Under the pieces are notes generated by a model. The model was not told the DNA's origin, did not search any database, and saw nothing but the letters and a program-made list of their open reading frames with translations. Below are positions 33,630 through 46,293 of a stretch of DNA of 64,000 nt, in pieces. The DNA comes from Carpediemonas membranifera BICM (Eukaryota > Protista > Fornicata): positions 28,512-92,511 of the forward strand of contig JAHDYR010000043.1 of the NCBI GenBank assembly GCA_019828565.1, read 5' to 3'. Within the stretch, counting starts at the first letter, position 1. The number at the start of each line of letters is the position of its first letter. Both the position numbers and the translations under genes were made by a program.

Positions 33630-34509
33630 GTCTAGACGAGCTCAAAGGCTACGTGGCAACGACCAGGCGTGACACGGCGGGTGTCGTCTCCCAGTTCCTG
33701 ACCTTCCGAGAGGCCAACCCGGCATCGGACCGCGACACATTCCTGGCGTGGCTCGCTCGCGAGGCTGAGCTAGTAGGCCCAGACCGTCTGGCGCACCGGG
33801 GCTCGCTGGTGGTAAGGTTTGCACCCCTGGTATCAACGTGGGCACCCCCAGCTGCTCAAAAGGCATTCATCACCGAAGCGAAGCGCGCTACAGTCCCCAG
33901 GCCGCAACGCAAGGTCCCAGTGCGGGCTGCACGCATCCACCGCCTGATCCCCAAACTCGCCGGCCGCGACGAGGAGTTCCACCAAGCCTTCTTATTCGGC
34001 GTCGTTGCCTACGCAACAATGTCGAGGCGCAGTGAGATCCTACCCCTCACTCCTCGGGATATCAGGGTGAAAGCAGGACTCGGCGTCTCTATCACCATCG
34101 ACTCCACCAAGACAGGGCTTCGCGCAGTTAAGAAGTTCATCCCGTGGGTCGAAGGCGCGCTCAATCCGGCAGGGATGCTCATGGCTCACCTGCAGCGCTG
34201 GTGCCAGGACAGAGACGCCACCATCTGGAAGTCCCCCAACCTCGATGGGTCGAGGCTGGACCGAGGGCCGTTGCCCCCGCTATGCTCCAAGACAAGCTGA
34301 AGCAGGTCTTTGGAGACCCAGTTGGATCCCATAGCTTCCGTCGCGGGGCCGCAGCGGACGCTGTACTTCGCGGAATGCCCACTCCAGTGGTCATGGCCCT
34401 CGGTACTTGGAAGTCCGAGAGTTCCCTCCAGAGCTACATCGCCGAAGCGGTGCGGCTCGACCAGGAGACAGCTGTGACGAGGTGCGAATGGTTCGCGCAC
34501 CTCGAATAG
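33560..34509 (+). pseudogene. YR-8 tyrosine recombinase (one frameshift near 34275; start approximate)
   Basis: MSRRSEI, STKT, HSFRRG, GTW, QSY. Confidence 0.85.
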
Positions 34510-34808
34510 CAGTCGTCTCCTTCCTTTACTCGTACGGGTACGAGTGGTCCATAAAGATTGAATGGTCACCATCGGGATGGTGTAGGCGTGCGGGCGGGAA
34601 GCCCCAGGAGAATTCATAAGTGAATGTGAGTGTCTGCCTAGTCAGACGAGACGTCAGCTCCGGCGTGAGATAATGGAGCATGGGCGATGGATCTGCCTGA
34701 TTCGATTTATTCGAGCCGAACGAATCGGGATCGAATCAATTACGGCCAGATGGCTGAAGAAACCGAGAACAACACCGGGGACCGCAAATCGCAAAATCCC
34801 GAAAGCGC

Positions 34809-34883
34809 TCCAGCCGTAGCTCAGATGGTTAGGCCCCCAGCCTGAGAGACGGAGGGTCGCGGGTTCGATTCCAGTTGGGGTCA
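34809..34883 (+). promoter_or_regulatory. tRNA-derived Pol III promoter (A and B boxes) inside the C region of YR-8
   Basis: A box TAGCTCAGATGG 34817-34828; B box GGTTCGATTCC 34862-34872; stems degenerate. Confidence 0.7.
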
Positions 34884-35162
34884 GACATTCCACAAGCTCA
34901 GTGGAAACAAAACAAAAGGAGCAATAACGCGAGACGTACTCAGGTCCGGCGAGTTAACAGGACGTTGAGGGAAGAGCCGAAGCCAAAGTGGGCTAGGCAA
35001 TGAAGCCATGGAACCCGTGACCCAGGGGTCCTCTTGACACCACGACGTTTTACAGTCCGCGGGACCGCGGGCACAGGGAACATTACGCGACGAATCATGT
35101 AAATGTTCCGCCCCCCAGGAGAATTCATAAGTGAATGTGAGTGTCTGCCTAGTCAGACGGCA

Positions 35163-36919
35163 AGGCCAGCGGAGCCAAAACTTCGGCGCGAGAGGTCGAG
35201 GATGATTCGATACGATCTCAAAGACGGGATCGTGCGTCTCATAAGGGCGGTTCAGTTGTTCAAGAGCGAACTGAAACAGATGGGAGACGCCGCCCAAGAG
35301 ATCGCAGAGCTCAAAGCCACCGTTCAACAGCTTCAAGACGCATTTACTGCCGGCGGCAACGTCCGAGAGACAGTAGATCTGCTTCGGCAAGAGACCACCA
35401 TGACTTGGAAGCGTCCTGCTTCATCCACTATGCGCGAAGAGGCGGAGTTCCTCGAGGAGATCTACCGCAGCTTCAAGTTCAATCGAATCAGTGGCTTCGC
35501 CGTACTCGCTCGCATCTTCCTCCGTCACCGAGTCCTATGGGTGAAGGACCGCTACGGCTACCTAGCCGCCTCTGCTGTCTCCACCGCGGGCATGGCCGCC
35601 CTTGCCGAGCGCCACGAGATGAACGAGACGGAGATCGAGACTCTCGTCCTCCGCACCCTGTCCAAGATCCCCCGCCTGACCGAGAAGAACACCAAGCCCG
35701 GCACCGGACATGACGGCGGCAACCGGGGTTTTCACGGGAAGAAGCCGAAGCGCGCCGGCACGAAGAACTCAAACTAAGTCAAAAGAAACCACCCATCAAG
35801 GATCCTCGCCCCGGTCCACAGGTCCTAACTCCTCATCCAACCACAAATCCCACTACTCCTCAATCTCCTCCCCTGTCACCGACGCCTCCTCCTCCCCCGT
35901 CCACAGCACCTCCTCCCCCGTCAGTTCCACCATTTCCCTGCATCAACAGGCAGTGGCGCCTATGGAGGCACTTGGGCGCGCCATCAGAGGTGGTTACGTG
36001 GCTACGCGAGGGCGTCCCGATATCCCTAAGAGCGCACCCTCGTCATCCGCGCCTACCACCAACTCGCGCCAAGGACCGCAAGGCATTCCGCGACCACCTG
36101 AAAACCCTCCTGAGCCTGGGCGCGGCAAGCCCATGCCGGTCTCCCAGCTTGATCTCACCTATCTTCACTGTGCCGAAGACGCCACCAGAGACGCGTCTGA
36201 TCCACGACCTAAGGGCATTGAACGCAGTGTCAACGGAACATCGAACCTTTCGGCTGAAGGGAGTCAAGCAAGCGATGGCCCAGCTTCGCGAAGGAGACTA
36301 CATGGCACGCTTGGACCTAGTCAAGGGCTACTACCAGTTAGGGGTCAGGGCCTCGGACAGCCCGCTGCTGGGTTTCTTGGTCGACGGGAGACCCTATGCC
36401 TTCAACGTCCTACCCTTCGGCTGGGGCCCAGCGCCATTCTTCTTCCAAAGGGTGATGCTGACAGCAGCGCAGATCGTAGCACGGATGTTCCCAGGCATCA
36501 ACTTGACCATCTATCTCGACGACTGGCTCCTGTCCGGGGACAAGAAGACACTGACCGCTGCGATGCCCGGCATACTACAGCTCCTAGAGAACCTCGGCCT
36601 GGTCATCAACAGGAAGAAATCGCAGCTCTCACCCACGCAGCAGACCGACTTCCTTGGCTTCGTCATGGACTCTGGCCGGCGGGGGATCGCTCTGCAGGAC
36701 AGCAAGCGGCAGAAGTACCTCTCACGAGTCAGGGAGGCCTTGGCATCGGGGGCCTTCCTTCGGAGGGTGACGCTCGGCATTACGTAAGGTCGAGCGAGGT
36801 AATTTACTCCGGCTTACACAGAGATAGACCCGGGACGATGCGAGAACGCGACACAATAAATTACCTACCCCCCCCCTGTGGGAATGGACGGAGTCTACCG
36901 GATCGTCAGCCTGTCTGAC
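35163..36919 (+). mobile_element. YR-9: internally deleted YR retrotransposon (A1, gag 35280-35777, RT to ~36750, then C-B)
   Basis: RLDLVKGYYQ, LPFGWGPAP, YLDD; RT fused directly to hairpin module, C-run and B end; closest to YR-11. Confidence 0.88.
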
Positions 36920-36940
36920 TGGCAAGGCCAGCGGAGGCAT

Positions 36941-38016
36941 TAATGGGTATCAGCCCGCAAGGACTGAAGCGTATGGCACGCGCATACGACCGCGTGACAT
37001 CCCTGACCGCGTTCGCAGAGGCTCTCACAAGAACACGAAGGCTCTGCAAGTCCGCGATAGACGAGTACGACGCAGTCCACAGGAGGCGACAGCCGGCCCC
37101 GCAAGCGGCGTGCTGGAAACGGGGAGATTTATGCTTCGTCATACCCCCACGAAAGCCGAAGAAGCTGGCCCCTTTCTTACGAGGGCCGTTAAAGCTCACT
37201 GGGCCGGGTGAGAGCCCCAACACGTATCTCTTGAAGGACCTCGTCTCCGGGAGCGTGACGCTCATTCACCAGGAGCGGATGATCGCTGCCAAGGGCATAG
37301 ACGACCAGACGGCGCTTGCCATGGCTGCCACGGACCACGACGAGTACGAGGTCGAGGCCATCGTGGACCACGATCTGTCGTCGAAGCCACCGCAAATCCT
37401 TATCCGATGGAAGGGCTTTGAGCCCTCCGAGGACTCGTGGGAGCCGCTAAACGCGGCTAACCGCCAGCTCCGAGTGATCGACGAGTACCTCGCATCGCTA
37501 CCAGCAGAGGAGCGAAGGAAGCTGAGCAAGAAGCTCTGATTCCTGTTAAAGTAGTTCCATAATCACCAAACCCCAGTTGATGTTGCTTGTTGACACATTG
37601 CGGGATCATCCTCCCGGAAGGAAGCGAAACTGGGACAAAATTCCAAAGAAACCCCCAATCTCGAAGGAAAGGGGGAAGAGAAACAGGAACCATCGCTAAC
37701 GGAGCAGGATCGGAGAGGATACGACGCACTTAGCCATAGTTCTCTCAATCGGATAATTCTGAAAGGAGAAATGAACCCATCAAATCGAAAAGTGAGTCCA
37801 ACGGGACTCGAACCCACGAAGTTTAGGAAAATCGGCATGGGGATCACCTGGGTCGATCCTGAGATCTTGAGTCAATCATTTCATCTCTCCCCTAATACCG
37901 TTCTAATAACCCGCCTTCAGCTTGGGTGGGCAGTGTGCGTTAATTAGGGAAGTAATTTAGTGGGGACGACACCCATGTGTCGACTTTGACTTTTGTAAAA
38001 CTATTGTTCTCTCACA
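36941..38016 (+). mobile_element. Chromovirus-3: 3' fragment (integrase C-terminus + chromodomain 36943-37539, 3' UTR, probable 83-bp LTR 37934-38016)
   Basis: KLAPFLRGPLK (GPY/F-like), YEVEAIVDH...IRWKGFEPSEDSWEP; TG...CA segment resembling the chromovirus-1 LTR. Confidence 0.85.
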
Positions 38017-38253
38017 GCAGACACTCCGGTAGACTCTGTCTACACTCCCAGAGGGGGGGAAACGAATTTATAGTGCTCTCGCCCATGCTAGTGTAAGCTA
38101 AATTCGTCTCTCCGGGACCCTCTTACTTGTTGGCCTTGTTGGTTCATCAATAGATTATTTAATAGTCTTGAGTCGTCCAGCTCGACACATGGGTGTCGAG
38201 CTCTATTCTTTGTAAAGCTTTGTTCTCACGAACCCACAGTAACGTTACTTACA

Positions 38254-39106
38254 ATGACTGAGGACAAGGGTCCGTTATGTACTCAACCAGAGATTAATGC
38301 TCTGCTTTCGTTTAAGGAGAAACTCGATCGCCATGTCCGAACGGGCGGAAAACGCCGACTTATCAAGCGTTTGGGTCCGGCTGTCACCTCATACTGTGCA
38401 GCAGTTGGTATAGACGTAGCCAAGACATACAAGAGCGCGAAGCACAACACAGTGACGGGCGAGAAGCGTAAGAAACATGAGAGAGAGGACCTCGTTTTTC
38501 AGAGCGATTGCTAACGCAATTAAGCCCACTGATCCGATCCTAGAGCGCCGTCTTTTCCAGCTAACGACCCAGGGTATTGACGTGGGACGTCTCTCACTCT
38601 ATGCCGACAGATTCATCAGCCGCAAGGCCGTCTTGGCTCCCTCTTTCTCCGACGCCGTGATGCGCAGCATGTTCGTGAAGGGAATCCAGGACGAGGACCT
38701 CCGTAGGGAAGTCAAGGAGGCGGCTACAGGGCTTGACCTTAACAGCACCATCCAGGTCGCTCTCCAGACGTGCAAGCGTCTCCAAGAGGCTGCGATGATT
38801 ACTTCCAGGACCATCAAGTCCGATTCTCAGCCTCGAAACCGCCCTCCTAAGGACCAGCGCGCAAGCCATTCTCGAGGTCTGCGCCGACAGGGCGGCCCGC
38901 CTCACCCGGGTGAGCACCAGTCTCATGGCAAGCACCAGTACCGGGGAGCCCAGTCTGAAATGCAGAGAAGTCAGCAGACCGGCTCAAGCACCGATCATCA
39001 GAGCACCAGCCGTACCATCGTGTGCTACAACTGCGGCAAGTCCGGTCACACATCGCGCCAGTGTCGGAACCCGAAGACTGTCTGCAGCAAGTGCGGTAAG
39101 CAGGGA
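38254..39106 (+). pseudogene. Chromovirus-1 gag (frameshift near 38495; second CCHC knuckle split by the LINE)
   Basis: CYNCGKSGHTSRQC and CSKCGKQG|HQDKFC continuing at 43572. Confidence 0.88.
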
Positions 39107-42100
39107 AAGAAAGAAATTTATGGTGCTTGGATTCTGACCCCGGACTGAGCTTGTTTCCCGTTGTCTTGGAGCTGAGTGCCCCGGGGTACTGCCTATTTCC
39201 CGTGGCAAACTGGTCAGCAGCGTTTGCCTTGGGCTTTCGGTGCTACTGTCTCCGCGGAAAGCCGATTCCAATCGCCCCAGAGGCCCTGCGGCCATCTCCG
39301 TGCAAATATGCTTTCCTGTCTCCCTGAAAGTCCGGCAACTATCCGGGGAGCCTGGGGGTCTGTCCTCGGGGCATTGACAGGCAGGATCGTCCTGCAGAAC
39401 CTTGACTATGACACTCCTTGCTTCCCTGCAGTCCTTGTAGAGCCGTTCAGCCACGGCACCCTCTCGTCTGTCCGGTTCCCCAATTCCATGCCCCCTCGAC
39501 TCTGTTAAGAAGCCTACCCGAAGGCGGGGAAAGTGACTAAGTCCATGCTGTCTACCCCGGTTAGGTGGCGTGGGTCAGGGCATGGGTGGTGTACCCCCAG
39601 GCACTAGGCCTGGTTGTCCTGTTACCCCTTACAACATTTCGCTTGCACTACATGTCCTTGGTTTCCCATGTCGTTAACAAGGGCGGCAGGGGCACCTGTG
39701 CCCCTCCGACCCCCGTGGCCAGTCCCTGCAGTTTCCTTGGGGTCCCAACGAGTGGTGCAACCATATGAATATGGATTTCCTTGACCTTGTCCTTGCTCTG
39801 TCCTTGTCGCATGTCCTTTCTTCCATAATTCTGATCTGTCCTTCCCTGTTCTTTCCTTGCAATCGTTCCTTCCCTTGCTTTGGTTCCTGGCTAACGGGAT
39901 ACGTGGGGCCTTTTCTCACTGATCCCCGGAGCTTAGCACCCAGCGAGGGTGGTCCATGGCTGATTCCTTGTCCATCCCTTCCCGGTCCTGGAGTCAGGGG
40001 TTCATGACATGCTTCTATTCCACCTTGAAGCTGTTGTAAACCTTTGCCAGTTCCCGTAGTCCTGCCGTGAGGCCTTCCCAAATGTCCTCCGAGCCCCATA
40101 TTATTAGTTGCTGTAATTCTAGGATGGGTCTTTCCTGGTACCATTCGCCCTGGGGGCCCTGCCTTACTTCCAAGTCCTTAGTTTTGTGCTTCGCTGCTGT
40201 CCACAGCTTTGTCCAAGCTTCTCCCCTGTCTACTGCCGGGCATTCACAGATTATGTGCGCTGCCGATCCTAGCCTCTGGCCCTCTGCCCACTCCCTGATC
40301 ATTTCCTGCTTCCTTGCTGGTCCTGGCTTTTCCCTAATGATCCTGTAGAACAGGCTCACCTCCGACTCCTCCGAGCATAGGGGGCATAGTCTGCTGATTT
40401 CTCTCTTCAGGTCAGCGCCTTGGGCCAGCTCTGTGATGGCTCTCATAGGGCCCTCCCCTCTCTCTGCCGACGATGGGGATGGGCTGACATTGGCTGCAAT
40501 GGATACAATTCTCTTCCATTCCGCCCTGCTTTGCCCCTTCCCAGCCTTTCGGTCTACCGTAGGCTTACCTTGCAGACACTTGCTTAATTTCCTTGTCCCC
40601 ATGATTTCCATTAGTCCTAGTGCCGTACGGCTTTTGCACCGCTTCATCCACCCCCTCCTGATCGTTTCCATGCCATAATCCAGTAGCGCTGGTTTAGGGG
40701 CTCCCTCTCTGGTGCCCTCCAGTAGATGCTGCACTCTCTCCCTAGCTTCCCACATAACCGTGCCCCGCCCCCATTCTCTGTTTCTGACTGGTATATCCTG
40801 GTCCCTGTAGTTGACTATCCTTTTGACTGCCAGCCATTCCATGTGTGCCTGGAGGTCCACCCATCCATTCATCAGCCTCATGGCTGCGCCCCCTCCCGGT
40901 CCTGTTCCTGCCATGATTCCCTGCCAGTCATTCCAGATCCTTCTACCTCCCGGTGCGTTCCCCCACACCTCGACTCCGAAGAGGATCCTGGGCCATATAT
41001 ATATTTCCAGTAGTAGCCTGCTCGCTAGTGCTGGCATGTTTGCCCTGGTCCACCCTGCCCATCTCACCAGTCTCTTGTACCTTTCGCTCTGCTCCTGTTT
41101 CCGCCTTATGCAGGCCGACATAGGGTCCTTCCCACTTGCGATCCATAATCCCAGGTATCTCGCCTCCTTCTCTGGCAGTAGTGTTACCCCCTCGATCCTG
41201 ACTAGGGCTGTTCTGTCCACGCTAATCATTACATTCTTCTGGACGTTCACCCTCATTTCATGCTCTCTGATTATGTCTACCATTATGTTGGCGACCATCT
41301 GGCTATGCTCCGGTTTGCTCCCTGTGACCGCAGTGTCATCCACAAACATGGTAAGTGCTGCCGGTAGTCGGTCGCTGAGGTGGCTCGTGGTCCTTGGCGG
41401 TTCTCTGATGTCGTACCGTTCTCCCTTGATTTTCTTTCTGGCCAGGTGGGGCCAGTTAGCTATGAACAGCACAAACAGTGTCGGTGCCAGGACGCACCCT
41501 TGCTTAACTCCCCTGTTGGTTCTTTCCCATGCCTTTGCCCCCTTGACTGATATCCAGGTTTCCTTTATTGTGCCTTGAATTGCCCTGATCAAGTGCTCCT
41601 CCACCCCCATACCCTGTAGCTTATCCATGAGAATGTCCCTTGGTACCGTGTCATATGCCTTCTCGATGTCCAGAAAGATTGACGTGGTCTCACCCCCTCC
41701 TGGTGCCGCTGCACAATGTACTGTATCTGCTGGATGACGTCCCTGTCTGACTGGAAACCAGCCTGTTCTCTTGGTATGAACCTTTTCGTTGCTGCTTCCA
41801 GACGTATCTTGAGCAATCTACCATAGACCCTGTACAGCAGTGGTGTCAAGGATATTGGTCTATATGATTCCGGCTTGACCCTTGGCTTCCCTGTCTTGTG
41901 TATGGCCGACACTGTGGCATACTTCCATGCTTTGGGTACGTCGCCCTCCCTGTAGACCCTGTTGATGAGCCTCGTCACTTCCCTAAGGCCTTTCTCATCC
42001 AGCTCTCTCAGCATGTCTCCAGATGTGAGGTCAGGCCCTGGTGCGGTGTCCCTCCTGATCCTTTTTGATTGCGGCTTTGACCTCGCTTTCCTTGAACTCA

Positions 42101-43557
42101 TTTCCGTCCCTGCCCCTCCATGTCTTCCAGGTGGGTTCCCTGCCTCTGCTGACTCTAGCATACTGTTGCAAGAGGATCTCGCTGATGGCCGCCTTGTCCG
42201 TGGTTATCACTCCGTCCTTGAGGAGGCTCTCCGGCATTCCCTTGTATTGGTTGTCACACCACCACCTTCTGATGGCAGCTTCCACTGAGGCCCTTGAGGC
42301 CCTATACCCCCTTTTTGCACTTCTGCTGATGTCGGCCACCCATTTGGCCCTGCGCTCTCCCCAGTATTTCTCCAGCTCCTCTTTCATCCTTTCCTTCCTG
42401 GTCCTGTTGCCTATTTCTGTCCATGGGGTTCGCTGGAGTTCGCTCCACACTCCGTTCCCGAACACTTTGTCCCTTGCCTTTGCTCCCCTGTTGTTCACTG
42501 GGTCGCCCATGCATGCTCTTATAGTCTCTTCCCATTGGTCCGAGCTCTTGATCCTGTTCAGCTTTGAGACTGTGACTGGCCCCTCCTTCTTTTTCATGGG
42601 CCAGGTGTGCACCTCGGGTATGGCCAGAGCCACGTCTCGCTCACTTCTGCCATAGTACCGTTGTTCCTTCCATGCTAGTGTGATTCCATTGTGTGCTGAG
42701 CCCCATACCCCGACCTTCTGAGACTCTACCACCTCAATCTCCGCCCCCTGGATTCCTGGTGTTGTCACTGCAAAGTCCGGGGTTGATGTTCCTGATGTGA
42801 GCGTCCCAGACTTGGGTATGATGGCTTTGAGCCTGTGCTTCTCCATCATATCCTTCCACCGGGTGGATCTTTCCATGGCCTGGGTCGATGTTCCAGTCTC
42901 CCATAATTATGGCCTCCATGCTCCCTTTCATGTCCATGATCTTCTGTATAGTGTCCCTGAATCCATCCTTCTCCTGCTTGCTGTGGCCGGATGGAGGGCC
43001 ATACACGTTGATGACTAGTATGTCCCTGCCGGTTCTCATTATGCTGGCTTGCACTCTTCCCGATAGGCTGTCCGTTATGCCGATGTCCCACTTTGCAGTT
43101 GCGTGTGGGCTCACTATCGTGCCGATGCCTTCCCTTGTTCCCTTCCATCTTGGCGCAGGTTCGTCATTGCCTGCTATGCCTAGTTGTCGGTTGATGCGGT
43201 GCTGACTTTTGACATCCGCCTTTCGTTTTTCGTTGGCTAAGACCAGGTCCTCTTCCGTCTCCCTCCCTGCTAGTGCGTAGTCAAGGTCCATGAAGCAATG
43301 AACCCTCGTATTCGCCGTTCTCCATGTCTCTTGTATGAGTACTGCCTCTATGTCCTTCAACCTTAGCTGAATCGCCGTTGCCATAGACGCCGTGAAGTCC
43401 TTTCCTCTTCCTATGTGTCCCTCTGTGTTCAGACTAAGTATCTTGTAGGTTACCATTGCCTTTGTCCTGTTTCCTTATCCTGCGAATTCCCAGAATTTGG
43501 GAGCCCCAGCTTCCCGCTCCTCTCCTGCTATCCTTGTCCTAACAAGGGGCCTAGATG
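39105..43557 (-). mobile_element. LINE copy 4, truncated just upstream of ORF2 (ORF2 40015-43456, frameshifted)
   Basis: TSD GCGGTAAGCAGG(GA) at 39093-39106 and 43558-43571. Confidence 0.95.
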
Positions 43558-43571
43558 GCGGTAAGCAGGGA

Positions 43572-46268
43572 CATCAAGACAAGTTCTGTCGGGGTACTTC
43601 AGTAAACCCCCAGGCTTGTTCATCCTTTTCTCGTGCACCCGCTCATGTCCTGACATCGTTGAGTCAGACACACAGCAACGCGCTCCCGATAGTAACAGCA
43701 GAGGTTCCGGTCGGTAATGATCACAGTGTGCAATGGGAGCGTGTACTTTTCGACTGCGGGGCGGATATTTGCTTGGTGAACCCCCAGTCGGCAACCGCTG
43801 CTGAACTTATTCCGACGAAGCTCAGTCAACCTATCGTCATCAAGACTCCAGGGGGATCTATTGAGTCCGACGTTTGCTATGATCTCATAGATTCCCCTTC
43901 TCATGCATAAGTCACCTTTCACTCCAAAGGCACTGTCGACTACTGTCGCCGCATACGGAGTTGAATGCATCTACGACCTTCTATTGTCGTACCCAACGAT
44001 GGTTGAGTGGGGCATCCTGCCCAGTGTCGCGGAATCTCAAGCGAGCCGGGACTCTGACGATATGGAACCGTCCGTCCCCCCAATGGACGCGATGCAGTCC
44101 TACACTATGTCAACAGATTTTACAGCGATGCATGCGCGAATCATCGCCAAGTTCAGCCGTTGCTTCGAGGAGCGTGAGGGGTTTTCTGCCTTAGAGCCTT
44201 ATGACCTGATCTTGAAGGAGGACCGAGTAGTAGCGTCCAGGTCAAATTACATCCCTCACCAGAAGCAGGGTCTGTTTGATGAGCACGTCCGGGAGCTGTT
44301 AGCCAAGAAGTATATTGAGGCGAGTTTCTCTCCGTACTCGTCTCAGCTCTCCTCGTCCCGAAGGGCCGAGACAGAACTCGTATGGTTGTCGATTTCAGAA
44401 GGATTAACGACCTGACTGAGCCGTTTGATTACCCGATCCCAGAGGTTCAAGCGTGCCTCGCACGGTTGGCAGGAGCTAAGATCTTCGCCACGATTGACCT
44501 TTCGAAGGGTTATCATCAAGTCAAGTTGTCCGAAAGGTCGAGACAATACACTGCGTTCCAGACCCCACGAGGCAAGTTCCAGTATACGGGCATGCCGTTT
44601 GGATTGAAAAAACGCTGGGGCGCATTTCCAGTTTGCAATTGAACGGGGATTCCACGATCTACTTGGTACCGCGTGTATCATATATATTGACGACATTATA
44701 ATTTTCGGCCGCACAGAGCAAGAGTATTTGTCCAACTTGAACAAGGTGTTGGCGAGGGCCGAAGAGTTGAAACTCAGCCTCAACAAGGAGAAGTCACACT
44801 TTGGACTCGCAGAAGTCGAGTTCTTAGGCTGGGTGGTGTCGGGTACAGGATTTAGAATTGCGCCAGACCGCATTCGGGATGTTGAGACGCTGCGTGTCCC
44901 GAAGACGAAGAAGGCCGCTCAAGCCCTAATGGGATTCTTGAACTTCATGAGAGATTTTGTGCCAGGTTTTTCGAGGATCGTGCACCCTTTAGCTCAAGCC
45001 GCGTGTGGCAAGGCACCTCCCGACGGCAGCGATCAGGTCGAGGCTTTGGCGCAGGTCAAAGATCTGCTGTGTCAGGCTCCCGCCCTCGAACACTTCGATG
45101 TTACCCGTGAGCACGTCGTCATGACTGACGCGTCAGACCTTGGAATTGGCGGAGTGTTGCTACAAGACGGTAAGCCGGTGTCATACATGTCCAAGTCTTT
45201 CAACGATGTGCAGACGAGATGGAGCACAATTGAACAGGAGGCGTATGCAATCGTTTCCGCGTTGCAGAGGTGGCGCAGGTTCTTGTGTTGGACACCATTC
45301 ATTCAGATATGGCTTCGAGGTGGACCGAGCTCATTCCGCTGAAGACAACGAGAGCCGACGAAGCTGTCAGAGCATTTGCTGACCAGTGGATACTCAGGTA
45401 TGGAGTCCCTCGAGTCCTCCAAACAGACGGAGGCAAGCAGTTTGTCAACAAGCTGTTCAAGGACTTGTCCGTCCGAGTTGGCTTTTCAATCCATACAACC
45501 ACTCCATATCATCCACAGTCAAATGGAGTGGTCGAACGAGCGAACAGCAGAGTCGAGCGTATTCTGAGGGCGCGGCAGTACGAGCTGAGGTCGGAGCTGT
45601 GGTCGGAGTCGTTGCCAGTTGCACAGTACATTGTCAACGCGACACCACACTCAGCAACGCGTTTAACCCCAGCAGAGGTGATTTTTGGTAGTGATCTGCG
45701 CGTACCGGCCGACATGCTAATCGTCAAAGAACTGGGTGAGAAGGCGGTCAGCCAACCAGCGAGCAACGTAGCTGCTGCCAAACTCGCTCGAGAGCTCGCT
45801 GAAGCACGTATTAAGGCAATGCACGCTGACGCTCTCAGCAAGCTGCCCCCTCCTGAACCAATTACGTCTGAGTTTGTATTGGTCAAATACCCGAATGGGC
45901 CACCATCAAAGTTGGCTGCAGGGTGGCGAGGCCCCATGCAACTGATCCAGCCTATCATGAGGAATGACTTTCCTGTTGGTTACTGGGTTAGAGATGTCAA
46001 TACGAGGACCGAATTCCAGGTCGCGTCCGAGAGGGTCAGACCATTTTCAGGCGAGCTGTCCATGCAACATGCCCAAGAGCTAGCAGCAGTGACGATCGGC
46101 GAGTATGTCGTGGAGTCGATATACGAAGCAACGCATGAGCGCAGACTCAGCGATCGGCAGTTCCACGTCCGATGGGCAGGGTACGAGCCTTCGGAAGATA
46201 CGTGGGAGCCGTACCAGAACGTTAAGGGATGCGAAGCGTTGGATATATATCTGGGGAAGGCCGAATAA
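43572..46268 (+). pseudogene. Chromovirus-1 pol (protease, RT, RNase H, integrase core, chromodomain), frameshifted and deleted across the RNaseH/integrase junction
   Basis: LFDCGADICL, IDLSKGYHQ, MPFGL, YIDD, TDASDLGIG, QTDGG...PQSNGVVER, HVRWAGYEPSEDTWEP. Confidence 0.92.
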
Positions 46269-46293
46269 ATGGCCCCCAAGCATCAGAAACTGT

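Larger units (their letters stand above)
31136..35159 (+). mobile_element. YR-8: most intact split-direct-repeat YR retrotransposon, 5 bp upstream of tRNA-Met and divergent from it
   Basis: A1 31136-31273 = A2 34649-34786 (138 bp); B1 34602-34648 = B2 35113-35159. Confidence 0.95.

Noticed and set aside
34809-34883. Functional tRNA gene
   Set aside because: Acceptor, D and anticodon stems do not pair; only the A/B boxes are preserved.
43745-43775. Inactive protease because of DCG instead of DSG/DTG
   Set aside because: The catalytic Asp and Gly are present; DCG is a tolerated variant.
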